Source of the DNA: the human T2T-CHM13v2.0 reference genome, Homo sapiens | Strand: one strand, 5' to 3' | Assembly: GCF_009914755.1 (NCBI RefSeq) | Contig: NC_060926.1 | DNA: 64,000 nt | Translations under genes and position numbers: made by a program | The notes under the pieces: generated by a model | Databases searched by the model: none | What the model was told of the DNA's origin: nothing | The model's input: only the letters and a program-made list of their open reading frames with translations | Shown here: positions 1-13,724 of the stretch, piece by piece | How the letters are laid out: each line of letters begins with the position of its first letter | Numbering within the stretch: the first letter of the stretch is position 1

Positions 1-589
1 TACAGTGCTTAGATTTGACAGTTATAAATAAATGTAATTCTTATAACTGAGTATAGAAATATTAGAAATGTAGAATATCGGTAAAACGTTCTTCAGTAAA
101 AGAAACTTAAAGAACTTTGAGAAATTGCTTCTGTCCAAATATATGCATAGCAAGGCTCTTAGGATGGTGTGGTTGATAGGTTAGATATCAGAGAGTAAAC
201 CTAATCTTAAAAATATAGTCAAATGTATTAATCTTATATTTTATGCCTCTGGGTTTTTTGTAACTCACAGAAAGTCTTTTTTAATTCTGAGATTCTTAAA
301 AATCCTCTAGTGATTTATTTTTCATAGTCTTTAAATAAATATTTAAACTTTTAGGAATTCAGGAGAAGATTCCTAAAAGTTTAAATATTTATTTAAAGAC
401 TATGAAAAATAAATCACTAGAGGAATTTACACTCTATTAGGTTTGAAGTTTTGTCCAATTTTTTTCCAGTTAAATATCCACTATGTGGATTCTTTCATTA
501 TACAAATACACGTTATTTTTTAATTTCAGAAGAAATCATGATATGTCAATCTATTGAGTGCTAACTAAAAGTTCCCTTTGTTTACTTAG

Positions 590-2510
<1,921 letters not shown>

Positions 2511-2878
2511 AATTGAATGAGGAAGCACAGTATTTCAGTACAGTGGACAGCTTAGCATGTTGACAACTGAGAATAAAATGCTCAGTTCTGAACTGGACAG
2601 TGTAAGACACAACGAGGAAACACTGGAAATGGAAATTCAATTACGTCATTGTAGACTGGCTACTGCTCTACATGATTGTGACCAAAGTCAGATAGCTGAA
2701 AGAGACTTCTTTCCAGAGAACAAGACATGAGCAGGTTTATTTACAGAAGACAATGAATTCTCATTTATCTCACCTAAAATATAACAGATTCCTTCTCAAC
2801 AAGTCTAATGAAGACAGTAAAATCAACAGGCTAAAAATTAAGCTCCATGAAACAAGATAAAACTCTGAGAGAAAAGAC
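2511..2878 (+). pseudogene. Orphaned 3' remainder of the ANKRD26-like large coiled-coil exon, downstream of the actin insertion
   Basis: After the TSD the DNA encodes ...[21 protein letters not shown]...[23 protein letters not shown]...LREK. This resembles ANKRD26-family QYSGQLNVLTAENTMLNSKL...RLAAAIHDRDQS...LREKT, with frameshifts and stops. Confidence 0.8.
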
Positions 2879-4200
2879 GGGGCAGGCTGCCATCTTTCCC
2901 GTTCAGGCAACTTAGTCATTCCAGCCTGCGGGCTTTGGAGAATACAAACCGACGAGGGACAGAAGAGATCCCACAGCACAGCATAGCTGCTTTACCAAAT
3001 CATGGCCAGACTGCTTCTGTAAGCAGGCCTCTGATCCTGTTCCACCTCACTGGACAGGACCTCCCAACTGGGGCCTCCAGCTACCCCCACCAGCATTCCT
3101 TGGCCAATGGAAATGTGAAATGTTCCTGGGACAGAGCTCCCGGAGAGAGGGACAGGCCCCCACCTTTGCTGTTTTGGCGACTAGCCTTTCTGGCCTGCGG
3201 GCTTTGGAGAGCCCAAGCTGACAAGGGGTGGAAGAGGTACCTCAGCACAGCACAGCCACGCTACAAAAACGTGGCCAGACTCTTGTTTACGTCAGTCCCT
3301 GACCACATTTCTAGTCAGTGGGTGAAGTCTTTCAACCAGGGTCTCTGGCTACCTTGACTGCTGTTGTCTGGCTGACAGAGGTCTCAGGCTTCCCTGAGTC
3401 AGGGCTGCCAGGGGGAGGACCAGATTGTCATCTTTGCTTTTTGGGCGACCCAGCCATTTCAGCCTTAGGGCTTCAGAGTGTCTGAGGTGACCAGGGGCTG
3501 AAGTGAACCCCCAGCACAGCACAGCTGCTCTATAAAAACGTGGCCAGACTTTTTTTTTAAAGCAAGTCCCTGTGCTTGTTCCTCCTGACTAGGTAAGACT
3601 CCTCAACTTGCCTCCAGCCACATCTTATAGGTGTGTTCAGATTGGCAACAGGTTCGTACCTCAGTGGTACAGAGCTCCCAGAGAAAGGGGCAGGCTATCA
3701 TCTTCCCTGGAAAATATGAGGCAATTAGGGACTGGAGGGACCCCCAGCATACCACAGCAGCCCTACAGAAAATTGGCCGGACTCTACTTGATGGGCAGGT
3801 CCTCCTGGCCTGGGTCTCTAGCCAGCCCACCACCGGAGCTATCAAGCCAGTAGCAACTCAGCAGTTTTTTGGACAGAGCTTCCAGGAGCAAATGAAATCC
3901 TTTCTGCCACTGCCTCTGCAGTAGAATTGCCCTTGCTACCCTCAGAAGATATATCAAGGGAGCAAAGACCCTAAGTGCCATATCAACACCTCCAATAAGC
4001 TGCAGTTGACCCAAAGAACAAGCCAGTCCATCTCCCATGGGTACCACACACCCTCCACTACTCATCACCAGACAGGGAACCCTGGCTTGGGCCCACAGCA
4101 CAGACCCTCCATCCTGGGCCGATTACACTAAGTGATTGCTAACTCACATGTCTCTGGGATGGAGCACCCAGGAGACAAGCAAAGTGTTGGAGCAGCAAGT
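2879..4200 (+). mobile_element. Old primate L1 (L1PB/L1P4-like) 5' UTR with ~270 bp internal tandem monomers
   Basis: The motif cagcacagcacagctgct...tggccagact recurs at about 2975, 3244, 3513 and 3745. L1 ORF1 end and ORF2 start follow at 4818-5378 on the same strand. Confidence 0.55.
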
Positions 4201-4817
4201 CAGGTGATGTGGAGCCCAGAGGGCTGGGACAGCTATCTCTCTAGGGTCTACTTGCCCTTGTGAGACACTTTATCCCAGCACTTTAGGAATGCTGAGGTCA
4301 TACCAGCCACATCTCATGTGCAAGATTGCCCAGCAGAGATCAGGTCCAAGAGTTCCTGTTTTAAAAAAGGGGGCTTGCTTAATAAAAGAAGTCTAGCCAT
4401 GTTTGTGTAGAGCAGCTGTGCTGTGCTGGGGGTTCACTTTTGAGAGAGTTCTCCTCTGAGACCTGATCTCTGGAGGCTGGGCAATCTTGCACATGAGATG
4501 GGGCTGGTCTGATGGCAGCACTCCTTAGTCTGCTTGCCTCTCCCATGGCCCTAGCCTGGCCACACATGCTTACAGGGCACTCTTAGATGCCCACACTATA
4601 GCTGCCGTGCTAGTGGACTGTACCATATCAGTGGAGAGCTGCAGCAAGGTGGCCCCTACAGCCGCAAACCAGCCTGCACATTACCTCTCCATACTGCAGC
4701 CCTTTATATGGAAACTTCTTACATCACTTTGCTGTGTGTGTTTACACAGGTGGGTTTTGCTGTACTTGCCCTGACAGCACACGGGAGTGCAGCACACACC
4801 CCAACCCACATCAACTG

Positions 4818-5378
4818 CCATTAAAGAAAAGAAATTTCAGCCCAGAATTTCATATCCAGCAAAACTAAGCATCATAAGTGAAGGAGAAATAAGATCCTTT
4901 TCAGACAAGCAAATGCTGAGAGAATTCGGTATCACCAGATCTACCTTACGAGAGCTCCTTGAAGGAAGCACTAAATATGGAAAGAAAAGATCATCACCTG
5001 CCACTACAAAAACGCTCTGAAGTACACAGACCAGTGATGCTAAAAACAAACCACATACATAAGTCTGCAAAATAATCAGCTGACAGCATGATGACAGGAT
5101 CAAATCCACACATACCATTGCTAAGCTTAAATGTAAATGGGCTAAATGCTCCCATTGAAAGACACAGGGGGCAAGCTGGATAAAGAACCAAGACCCACTG
5201 GAGTATGCCGTCTTCAAGAAACCCATCTCACGTGCAGTGCCATACATAGGCTCAAAATAAAGGAATGGAGAGATATTTCAAGCAAATGCAAAACAGAAAA
5301 AAGCAGGTGTTGCACTCCTAGTTTCTGACAGAACAGACTATACCAATAAAGATAAAAAAAGAGAAGGACATTACAAAG
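4818..5378 (+). mobile_element. L1 fragment: ORF1 3' end, inter-ORF spacer and ORF2 start
   Basis: KEKKFQPRISYPAKLSIISEGEIRSFSDKQMLREF (ORF1 C-terminus), then atgacaggatcaaatccacacata...aatgtaaatgggctaaatgc (ORF2 N-terminus). Confidence 0.9.
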
Positions 5379-6005
5379 GTGGTACTGACCTTTGATAAAT
5401 CTCATTATTGCTTGATACCAACCTGGGCTATTTGTATTGCCCAAACCAATAGGATAATTTGCTGAGGTTGTGGAGCTTCTCCCCTGCAGAGAGTCCCTGA
5501 TCTCCCAAAATTTGGTTGAGATGTAAGGTTGATTTTGCTGTACAACTCCTTTTCTGAAGTTTTGCTCATTTCCAACAAGGAAGGCAAGTTTTCCTGCTTC
5601 CATGACAAAGGAGAGCAGGCACCTCCTTTCCTGAGTTTCAGCTTGCTTCTGACAGGCAAGGTGAGTGTAAGTTTTTTCCAGCATCTAAGATGGCAGAGAA
5701 CAATCACCAGCCTGAGCCTTATTTCCAGGTAAGTAGCTGAATTAGAGTTTGTCTTAAAATTTTTCCTTAATGACTAAAATTTAAGATGACCCACCAGCTG
5801 CTTTTAATTTCTCCTTACCATTAGAACACTCAGTAATCATATGAATTGTGCATTTGTTTGTTTTGCTTAACTCTTTTTGTTTATGTTTGGGGTTTATTGT
5901 TGCTGTTTCACTTCTCTCCCATCTCTTCCTGACTTGGTCAAATCCAAAGGAATGTTCCAAATTGTGGGGAGCAAGGCATCTGAATTGGCTAAAACTCCTG
6001 TGGCT
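5379..6005. mobile_element. Probable ERV-class internal fragment (family not identified)
   Basis: Abrupt switch out of L1 sequence into DNA that reads like endogenous-retroviral internal sequence. No diagnostic gag/pol/env motif was recognised. Confidence 0.3.
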
Positions 6006-6007
6006 GC

Positions 6008-6113
6008 CAAAAAAACCCCCAAAAAAACAAAAAAACAAACAATAAAAAAAAAGAAAAAGAAAAAAACCCCAAAAAACAAAAAAAAAAACCAAAACAAAAC
6101 AAAAAACAAAAAA
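6008..6113 (+). repeat. A-rich (CAAAA)n-like simple repeat
   Basis: About 105 nt of A runs interrupted mostly by C. Confidence 0.9.
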
Positions 6114-6135
6114 ACCAGTTGGAAATTTTTTAAAA

Positions 6136-7240
6136 CTTTTTTTTAATTTTGTAATTTTATTATTATTATACTTTAAGTTTTAGGGTACATGTGCACAACG
6201 TGCAGGTTTGTTCCATATGTATACATGGGCCATGTTGGTGTGCTGCACCCATTAACTCGTCATTTAGCATTAAGTGTATCTCCTAATCCTATCCCTCCCT
6301 CCTCCCCCCACCCCACAACAGTCCCTGGTGTGTTATGTTCCCCTTCCTGTGTCCATGTGTTCTCATTGTTCAATTCCCACCTATGAGTGAGAACATGCAG
6401 TATTTGGTTTTTTGTCTTTGTAATAGTTTACTGAGAATGATGCTTTCCAGCTTCATCCATGTCCCTGCAAAGGACATGAACCCATCCTTTTTTATGGCTG
6501 CATAGTATTCCATAGTGTATATATGCCACATTATCCAGTCTATCATTGATGGGCATTTGGGTTGGTTCCAAGTGTTTGCTGTTGTGAACTGTGCCGCAGT
6601 AAACATACGTGTGCATTTGTCTTTATATTAGAATGATTTATTATTTTTTCAGTATATACCCAGTAATGGGATTGCTGGGTGAAATGTATTTCTGGTTGTA
6701 GATCCTTGAGGAATTGTCACACTGTCTTCCACAATGGTTGAACTAATTTATACTACCACCAAGAGTGTAAAAGCGTTCCTATTTCTCCATGTCCTCTCTA
6801 GCATCTGTTGTTTTCTGATGTCTTAATGATGGTCATTCTAAGTGGCGTGAGATTATATCTCATTGTGGTTTTGATTTCCATTTCTCTAATGACCAGTGAT
6901 GATGTGGTTTGCTTCACTTGTTCTTTGGCTGCATAAATGTCTTCTTTGGGAAGTGTCTGTTCATATCCTTTGCCCACTTTTTGATGGTTTTTTTTTTTTC
7001 TTGTAAATTTAAGTTCTTTGTAGATTCTGCATATTAGCCCTTTGTCAGATGGATAGATTGCAAAAATTTTCTCCCATTCTGTGGGTTGCCTGTTCACTCT
7101 GATGATAGTTTCTTTTGCTCTGCAGACACTCTTTAGCTTAATTAGATCCCATTTGTCAATTTTGGCTTTTGTTGCCATTGCTTTTGGTGTTGTAGTGATG
7201 AAGTCTCTGCCCATGCCTATGTCCTGAATGGTATTGCCTA
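6136..7240 (-). mobile_element. L1PA 3' end (ORF2 C-terminus, 3' UTR, poly-A)
   Basis: ttattattatactttaagttttagggtacatgtgcacaacgtgcagg is the reverse complement of the L1PA 3' terminus. The minus-strand ORF gives [35 protein letters not shown]. Confidence 0.95.
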
Positions 7241-7770
7241 ACACAAGAACATTTCTGTGCCTGAGTGCCATACCACCCAAAGTGATTTATAGATTCAGTG
7301 CTAACGCCATCAAGCTACCATTGACTTTCTACAGAAAATTAGAAAAATTACTTCAAATTTCATATGGAACCAAAAAAGAGTCTGCATAGCCAAGACAATC
7401 CTAAGCAAAAAGAACAAAGCTGGAGGCATCACAGTACCTGACTTCAAACTATTCTACAAGGCCACAGTAATGTAAACAGCATGGTACTGGTACCAAACCA
7501 GGTATATAGACCAATGGAACAGAACAGAGGCCACAGAAATGACACCACACGTGTAAAACCATCAGATCTTTGACAAAACTGACAAAAGTAAGCACTGGGG
7601 AAAGGATTGCCTATTTAACAAATGGTGTTAGGAAAACTGGCTAGCCATATGCAGAAAACTGAAACTGGTCCACTTACTTACACTTTATACAAAAATTAAC
7701 TTAAGAAGGATAAAAGAGTTAAACGTTAGACCTAAAAGCAAAAAACCTAGAAGAAAACATAGGCCACCAC
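7241..7770 (+). mobile_element. Inverted 5' part of the same L1 insertion (ORF2 fragment)
   Basis: Plus-strand ORF2 sequence (aaagctggaggcatcac...gcatggtactggtacc) ends at gaagaaaacataggc, the L1 position where the minus-strand piece begins. Confidence 0.85.
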
Positions 7771-7818
7771 CCTCAGGGGAAATGTACTTGTAGGGAAATG
7801 AATGGCACAAACACACAT

Positions 7819-10800
7819 TCCCTACTTCCTTGAGTGGGTGAGGTTGGTGGCTGGTCCACCTGCTCCAGGTGGACCCTTACAGAGGTGGCTGGTTGCTCTT
7901 TGAGCCAGCTTGGCCTTGCCCGGCATGCACAAGCCTCAGTGCAACAACTGTGCTACAAATGGAGCCACAGAGAGGAAACGAGCGGCAGGCTCAGGAGCAG
8001 GGTGTGTGCTGCCTTTGGGGCTCCAGTCCATGCCTCAGGGGTTGTATAGCACTGCAGGCTTCTTGGTTGCCTAGAGGCAGACCACAGGCCGTCTTGAGGA
8101 GGACTTTATGTTTAAGTGCAGAAAGCAGCCAGGATTACCATCCAGGGGACTCGGCCTTCTGTGGCCCTGGCCACACTTAGAATTTGTGTCAAGGCAGGAC
8201 AAGCTCACTCGGAGCAGCGCGTCAGTAGCTGGGGCCTGCGCATGCCAGCAAGGCCACGCTGGCTCAAGGAGCAACCAGCCACCTCTGCAAGGGTGCGCCT
8301 GGACCAGTTGGTCCAGCCACCAACCTCACCCACTGAAGGAAGCAGGGATGGCCAGGTTACAACACCCTGAGTGGCTGCCGCCTGAGGGCTGAGGGAGCAG
8401 AGGCCTGAGGAAAATCAGATGGCATGTTTAACTCTTTAATGGATCTTAAGTTAATTTTTCTATAACGCAGATGTCACCAGTCCATGCCTCAGAGCTCGTA
8501 TGGCACTGCAGACCACAGAAGGCCGAGTCCCCTGGGTGGCAATCCTGGCTGCTTTCTGCACTTGAACATAAAGTCCTCCTCAAGACGGCCTGTGGTCTGC
8601 CTCTTGGCCCTACCATTAGGGTAGAAGAACCGATGTACCATGTCTGGCAGCAAGTGAGGTTGGTGGCTGGTCCGGCTGCTCCTGGCACACCCTTGCAGAA
8701 GTGGCTGGTTGCTCTTGGAGCCAGCTTGGCCTTGCCCGGCATGCACAAGCCTCAGTGCAACTACTGTGCTACAAATGGAGCAGCAGGCTCAGGAGCAGGG
8801 TGTGTGCTGCCTTTGGGGCTCCAGTCCATGCCTCAGGGGTCATATAGCACTGCGGGCTTCTTGGTTGCCTACAGGCAGACCACAGGCCATCTTGAGGAGG
8901 ATTTTATGTTCAAGTGCAGAAAGCAGCCAGGGTTACCATGCAGGGGGGCCTTCTGTAGCCCTGGCCAGATCTTGCAGAGGTGGCTGGTTACTCTGAGCCA
9001 GCTTGGCCTCCCTGGCATGCACAGGTCCCAGGTACTAACACGCTGCTCTGAGTGAGTTTGTCTTGTATTGGCTGCCACCTAATTGCTGATGGAGCAGAGG
9101 CCTTAGGAAAAGCAAGCAGATGGCACTGTGGCCCACCTTTAGGGTAGAAGAACTGAGGTACCATATCTGGCCGCTAGTTGGTGACTGGTGCACCTGCTCC
9201 TGGCACACCCTTGCAGAGGTGGCTGGTTGCTCTTTGAGCCAGCTTGGCCTTGCCCAGCATGCACAAGCTTCAGTGCTACAAACTGTGCTGCAAATGGAGC
9301 CACAGAGAGGAAACAAGCAGCAGGCTCAGGAGCAGGATGTGCGCTGCCTTTGGGGCTCCAGTCCATGCCTCAGGCGTCATATGGCACTGCGGGCTTCCTG
9401 GTTGCCAAGAGGCAGACCACAGGCCGTCTTGAGGAGGACTTTATGTTCAAGTGCAGAAAGCAGCCGGAATTACCACCCAGGGGACTCGGCCTTCTGTGGC
9501 TGTGGCCAGACTTAGAATTTGTGGCAAGGCAGGACAAGCTCACTCGGAGCAATGTGTTAGTACCTGGGGCCTGTGAATGCCAGGGAGGCCAAACTGGCTC
9601 AAAGAGCCACCAGCTACCTCTGCAATGGTGCTCCTCGACCAATTGGACTAGCCACCAACCTCACCCACTCAGGGAAGCAGGGATGGCCAGGTTACAGAAT
9701 GCTGAGTGGCTGCCACCTGATGGCAGATGGAGCAGAGGCCTGAGGAAAATGAGATGGCACATTTAACTCTTCAATTCATCCGAAGTTAATTTTTCTATAA
9801 AGCAGATGGCAGTAGTCCATGCCTCAGAGCTCGTATGGCACTGTGGTCCACAGAAGGCTGAGTCCCCTGAGTGGTAATCCTGCCTGCTTTCTGCACTTGA
9901 ACATAAATTCTTCCTCATGACGGCCTGTGGTCTGCCTCTTGGCCCTACCTTTAGGGTAGAAGAACTGATGTACCATGTCCGGCAGCGACTGAGGTTGGTA
10001 ACTGGTCCGCCTGCTCCTGGCACACCCTTGCAGAGGTGGCTGGTTGATCTTTGAGCCAGCTTGACCTTGCCTGGCATGCACAAGCTTCAGTGCAACTGTT
10101 GTTCCACAAATGGAGCCACAGAGAGGAAACGAGCAGCAGGCTCAGGAGCCGGGTGTATGCTGCCTTTGGGGCTCCAGTCCATGCCTCAGGGCTCCTATGG
10201 CACTGTACAATTCTTCGTTGCCAAGAGGCCAACCACAGGCCGTCTTGAGAAGGACTTTATGTTCCACTGCAGAAAGTAGCCAGGATTACCATGCAGAGGA
10301 CTCGGCCTTCTGTGGCCCTGGCCAGACTTAGAATTTGTGCCAAGGCAGGACAAGCTCACTCGGGGCAGCGTGTCAGTAGCTGGGGCCTGTGCATGCCAGG
10401 CAAGGCCACGCTGGCTGAAGGAGCAACCAGCCACCTCTGCAAGGGTGCGCCTGGAGGAGGTGGACCAGCCACCAACCTCACGCAGTCAAGGAAGTGGATG
10501 GCCAGGTTCCCACAGCCCACGTGGCTGCCACCTGATGGCTAATGGAGCAGAGGCCTTAGGAAAAGCGGATGGCCCTGTGGCCCTACCTTTATGGTAGAAG
10601 AACTGATGTTCCATGTCCTGTAGCGAGTGAGATTGGTGGCTGTTCCACCAGCTTCTGGCACACCCTTGCAGAGGTGGCTGATTGCTCTTTGAGCCCTGTT
10701 AGCCTTGCCCGGCATGCAGAAGCCTCAGTGCCACTACTGTGCTACAAATGGAGCCATATAGAGGAAAGGAGCAGCAGGCTCAGGAGCAGTGTGTGCGCTG

Positions 10801-11852
10801 CCTTTGGGCCTTCAGTCCATGCCTCATGGGTTGTATGACACTGCGGGCTTCTTGGTTGCCAAGAGGCGGACCACAGGCCATCTTGAGAAGGACTTTATGT
10901 TCATGTGCAGAAAGCAGCCAGGATTACCATCCAGGGGACTCGGCCTTCTGTATCCCTGGCCAGACTTAGAATTTGGCCCTAGACAGGACAAGCTCACTTG
11001 GAGCAGCGTGTCCGTAGCTGGGGTCTGTGCATGCCAGGCAAGGCCAAGCTGGCTCAAAGAGCAACCAGCCACCTCTGCAAGGGTGCGCCTAGAGCAGGTG
11101 GAGCAGCCACCAGCTCACCCACTCAAGGAAGCAGGGATGGCCAGGTTCCCACAGCCTGAGTGTGTGCCACCTAATGGCTGATGAAGCAGAGGCCTTAGGA
11201 AAACCAGATGGCACTGTGGCCCTATCTTTATGGTAGAAGAACTGATTTAGCCTGACTGGCAGCGTGTGAGGTTGGTGGCTGGTCCACCTGCTGCTGGCAC
11301 ATCCGTGCAAAGATAGCTGGTTGCTCTTTGAGCCAGCTTGCCCTTGCCCGGCATGCACAAGCCTCAGTGCAACAACTGTGCTACAAATGGAGCCATATAG
11401 AGGAAAGGAGCAGCAGGCTCAGGACCAGGGTGTGCGCTGCCTTTGGGCCTTCCGTCCATGCCTCATGGGTCATATGACACTGCAGGCTTCTTGGTTGCCA
11501 AGAGGCAGACCACAGGTCGTCTTGAGGAGTTTATGTTCCAGTCCAGAAAGCAGCTAGTATTACCACCCAGGGGACTTGGGCTTCTGTGGCCCAGGCCAGA
11601 CGTAGAATTTGACAGAGTCAGGATAATCTCATTTAGAGCAGCATGTCGGTCCCCGGGGCCTGTGCATGCCAGGCAAGGCCAAGCTGGCTCAAAGAGCAAC
11701 CAGCCACCTCTGCAAGGGTGTGCCAGGAGCAGGTGGAGCAGCCACCAACCTCACCCACTCAAAGAAGCAGGGATGGCCAGGTTCCAACAGCCTGAGTGGC
11801 TGCCACCTGATGGCTGATGGAGCAGAGGCGTGAGGAAAAGCTGATGGCACTG
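7819..11852. repeat. Complex tandem array of six ~640 bp units with ~100 bp inverted arms and interspersed inverted core copies
   Basis: The core marker caaatggagc occurs at about 7956, 8772, 9291, 10107, 10745 and 11384. Arms such as 11266-11363 and 11657-11754 are reverse complements of each other. Confidence 0.9.
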
Positions 11853-11854
11853 CT

Positions 11855-12290
11855 TTGTAGTGCTGTTCTTTGTCTCTCTTCATCTTTTTCAGTTAAAGTC
11901 TGTTTTATCAGAGACTAGGATTGCAAACCCTGCTTTTTTTTGCTTTCCATTTGCTTGGTAAATATTCCTCCATCCCTTTATTTTAAACCTATGTGTGTCT
12001 TTGCGCATGAGATGGGTCTCCTGAATACAGGACACCATTGGGTCTTTACTCTTTATCCAACTTGCCAGTCTGTGTCTTTTAACTGGGGCATTTAGCCCAT
12101 TTACATTTAAGTTTAGTATTGTTACATGTGAAATTTATCCTGTCATGATGTTGCTAGTTTTTAATTTTTCCCATTAGTTAATGCAGTTTCTTTATAGTGT
12201 CAATGGTCTTTACAATTTGGTATGTTTTTGTAGTGGCTGGTGCTGGTTGTTCCTTTCCACGTTTAGTGCTTACTTCAGGAGCTCTTGTAA
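11855..12290 (-). mobile_element. L1 fragment (ORF1 end to ORF2 start), antisense
   Basis: aagtctgttttatcagagactaggattgcaa...ttagcccatttacatttaag...cctgtcat...ttcaggagctcttgtaa. Confidence 0.9.
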
Positions 12291-12474
12291 CGCAAGAATG
12301 TGGATTTATTTCTGGTAAGGTAAATAAGTGGATTTATTTCTCAATGCTGTATTCTATGTCCTTTACCCCAAGAATCATTACTTTTTAAAATGCAATTCAA
12401 ATTAGCATAAAACATTTACAGCCTAGGAAAAGGCTTGTGGCATTAGAATACTTATTTATAGGATTATTTTGTGT

Positions 12475-12770
12475 TTTTTTGAGATACGGTCTTTGTCATC
12501 GAGGCAGAAGTGCAGTGGTTTGATCATAATTCACCACAGCCCTGAACTCTGAGTCCAAGCCATCCTTTTGCCTTAATCTCCCAACTAGTTGGATCTACAA
12601 GCATAAGGCATCATGCCTGGCTAATTTTTTTACATGTTTTTTTTTTTTTGTCGAGATTATGGTATCACTATGTTGCTCTGGCTGATCTCAAATTCCTGAC
12701 CTCAAGTGATCTTTCTGCCACAGCCTCCTAAAGTGCTAGGATTACATGCATGATGCACCATGCCTAGCGT
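12475..12770 (-). mobile_element. Old Alu (AluJ-like)
   Basis: Diverged dimeric Alu in reverse orientation: agtgcagtgg...ctcaaattcctgacctcaagtgatc...aaagtgctaggattaca. Confidence 0.8.
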
Positions 12771-13270
12771 AGAGTATTACATTAGTTTCAAAGTCTTATT
12801 CTAAGAGCCATTTATTGACTTTGGCCTAAATAACTCAATATAATATCTCTGAAACTTTTTTTGACAAATTTTGGGGCATGATGATGAGAGAAGGGGGTTT
12901 GAAACTTTCTAATAAGAATTAACTTAGACCCATTTAAGAAGGAAAAAACACAAATTATCAGAAAAATATAAAAGTAAGATCAAGTGCAAAAGTTCTGTGG
13001 CAAAGATGATGAGAGTAAAGAATATATGTTTGTGACTCATGGTGGCTTTTACTTTGTTCTTGAATTTTTGAGTACGAGTTAACATTTAAAGAATCTACAT
13101 TATAGATAACATTTTATTGCAAGTAAATGTATTTCAGAATTTGTTATTGGTTTTGTATGAGATTATTCTCAGCCTATTTCATTATCAAGCTATATTATTT
13201 TATTAATGTAGTTTGATGATCTTACAGCAAAGCTGGAAGCTGTATCTTCAAAATATGTCTATTTGACTAA

Positions 13271-13493
<223 letters not shown>

Positions 13494-13724
13494 GTTAGTT
13501 TGTAAAATCAGGTAAGTTTATTTATAATGTGCTTTCATTTATTTCACTGCAAATTATATTTTGGATATATATATTGTGTTTCCTCTGCCTCTCTTATAGC
13601 AATTTGCCTTGTAGAGTTCTAGCAAAAAGGTGGCATCTGTTTTTACTTTCAAATATTTAAATTTCCATCATTATAACAAAATCAATTTTTCAGAGTAATG
13701 ATTCTTACTGTGGAGTCATTTGAT

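Noticed and set aside
5781-6146. Phe-rich and Lys-rich ORFs
   Set aside because: Translations of the A-rich simple repeat.
7834-11883. Many similar 60-190 aa ORFs (e.g. GRLEEDFMFKCRKQPG) suggesting a repeat protein or a CRISPR-like array
   Set aside because: Frames and stops differ between units, there are no unique spacers or cas genes, and the context is primate repeat DNA.
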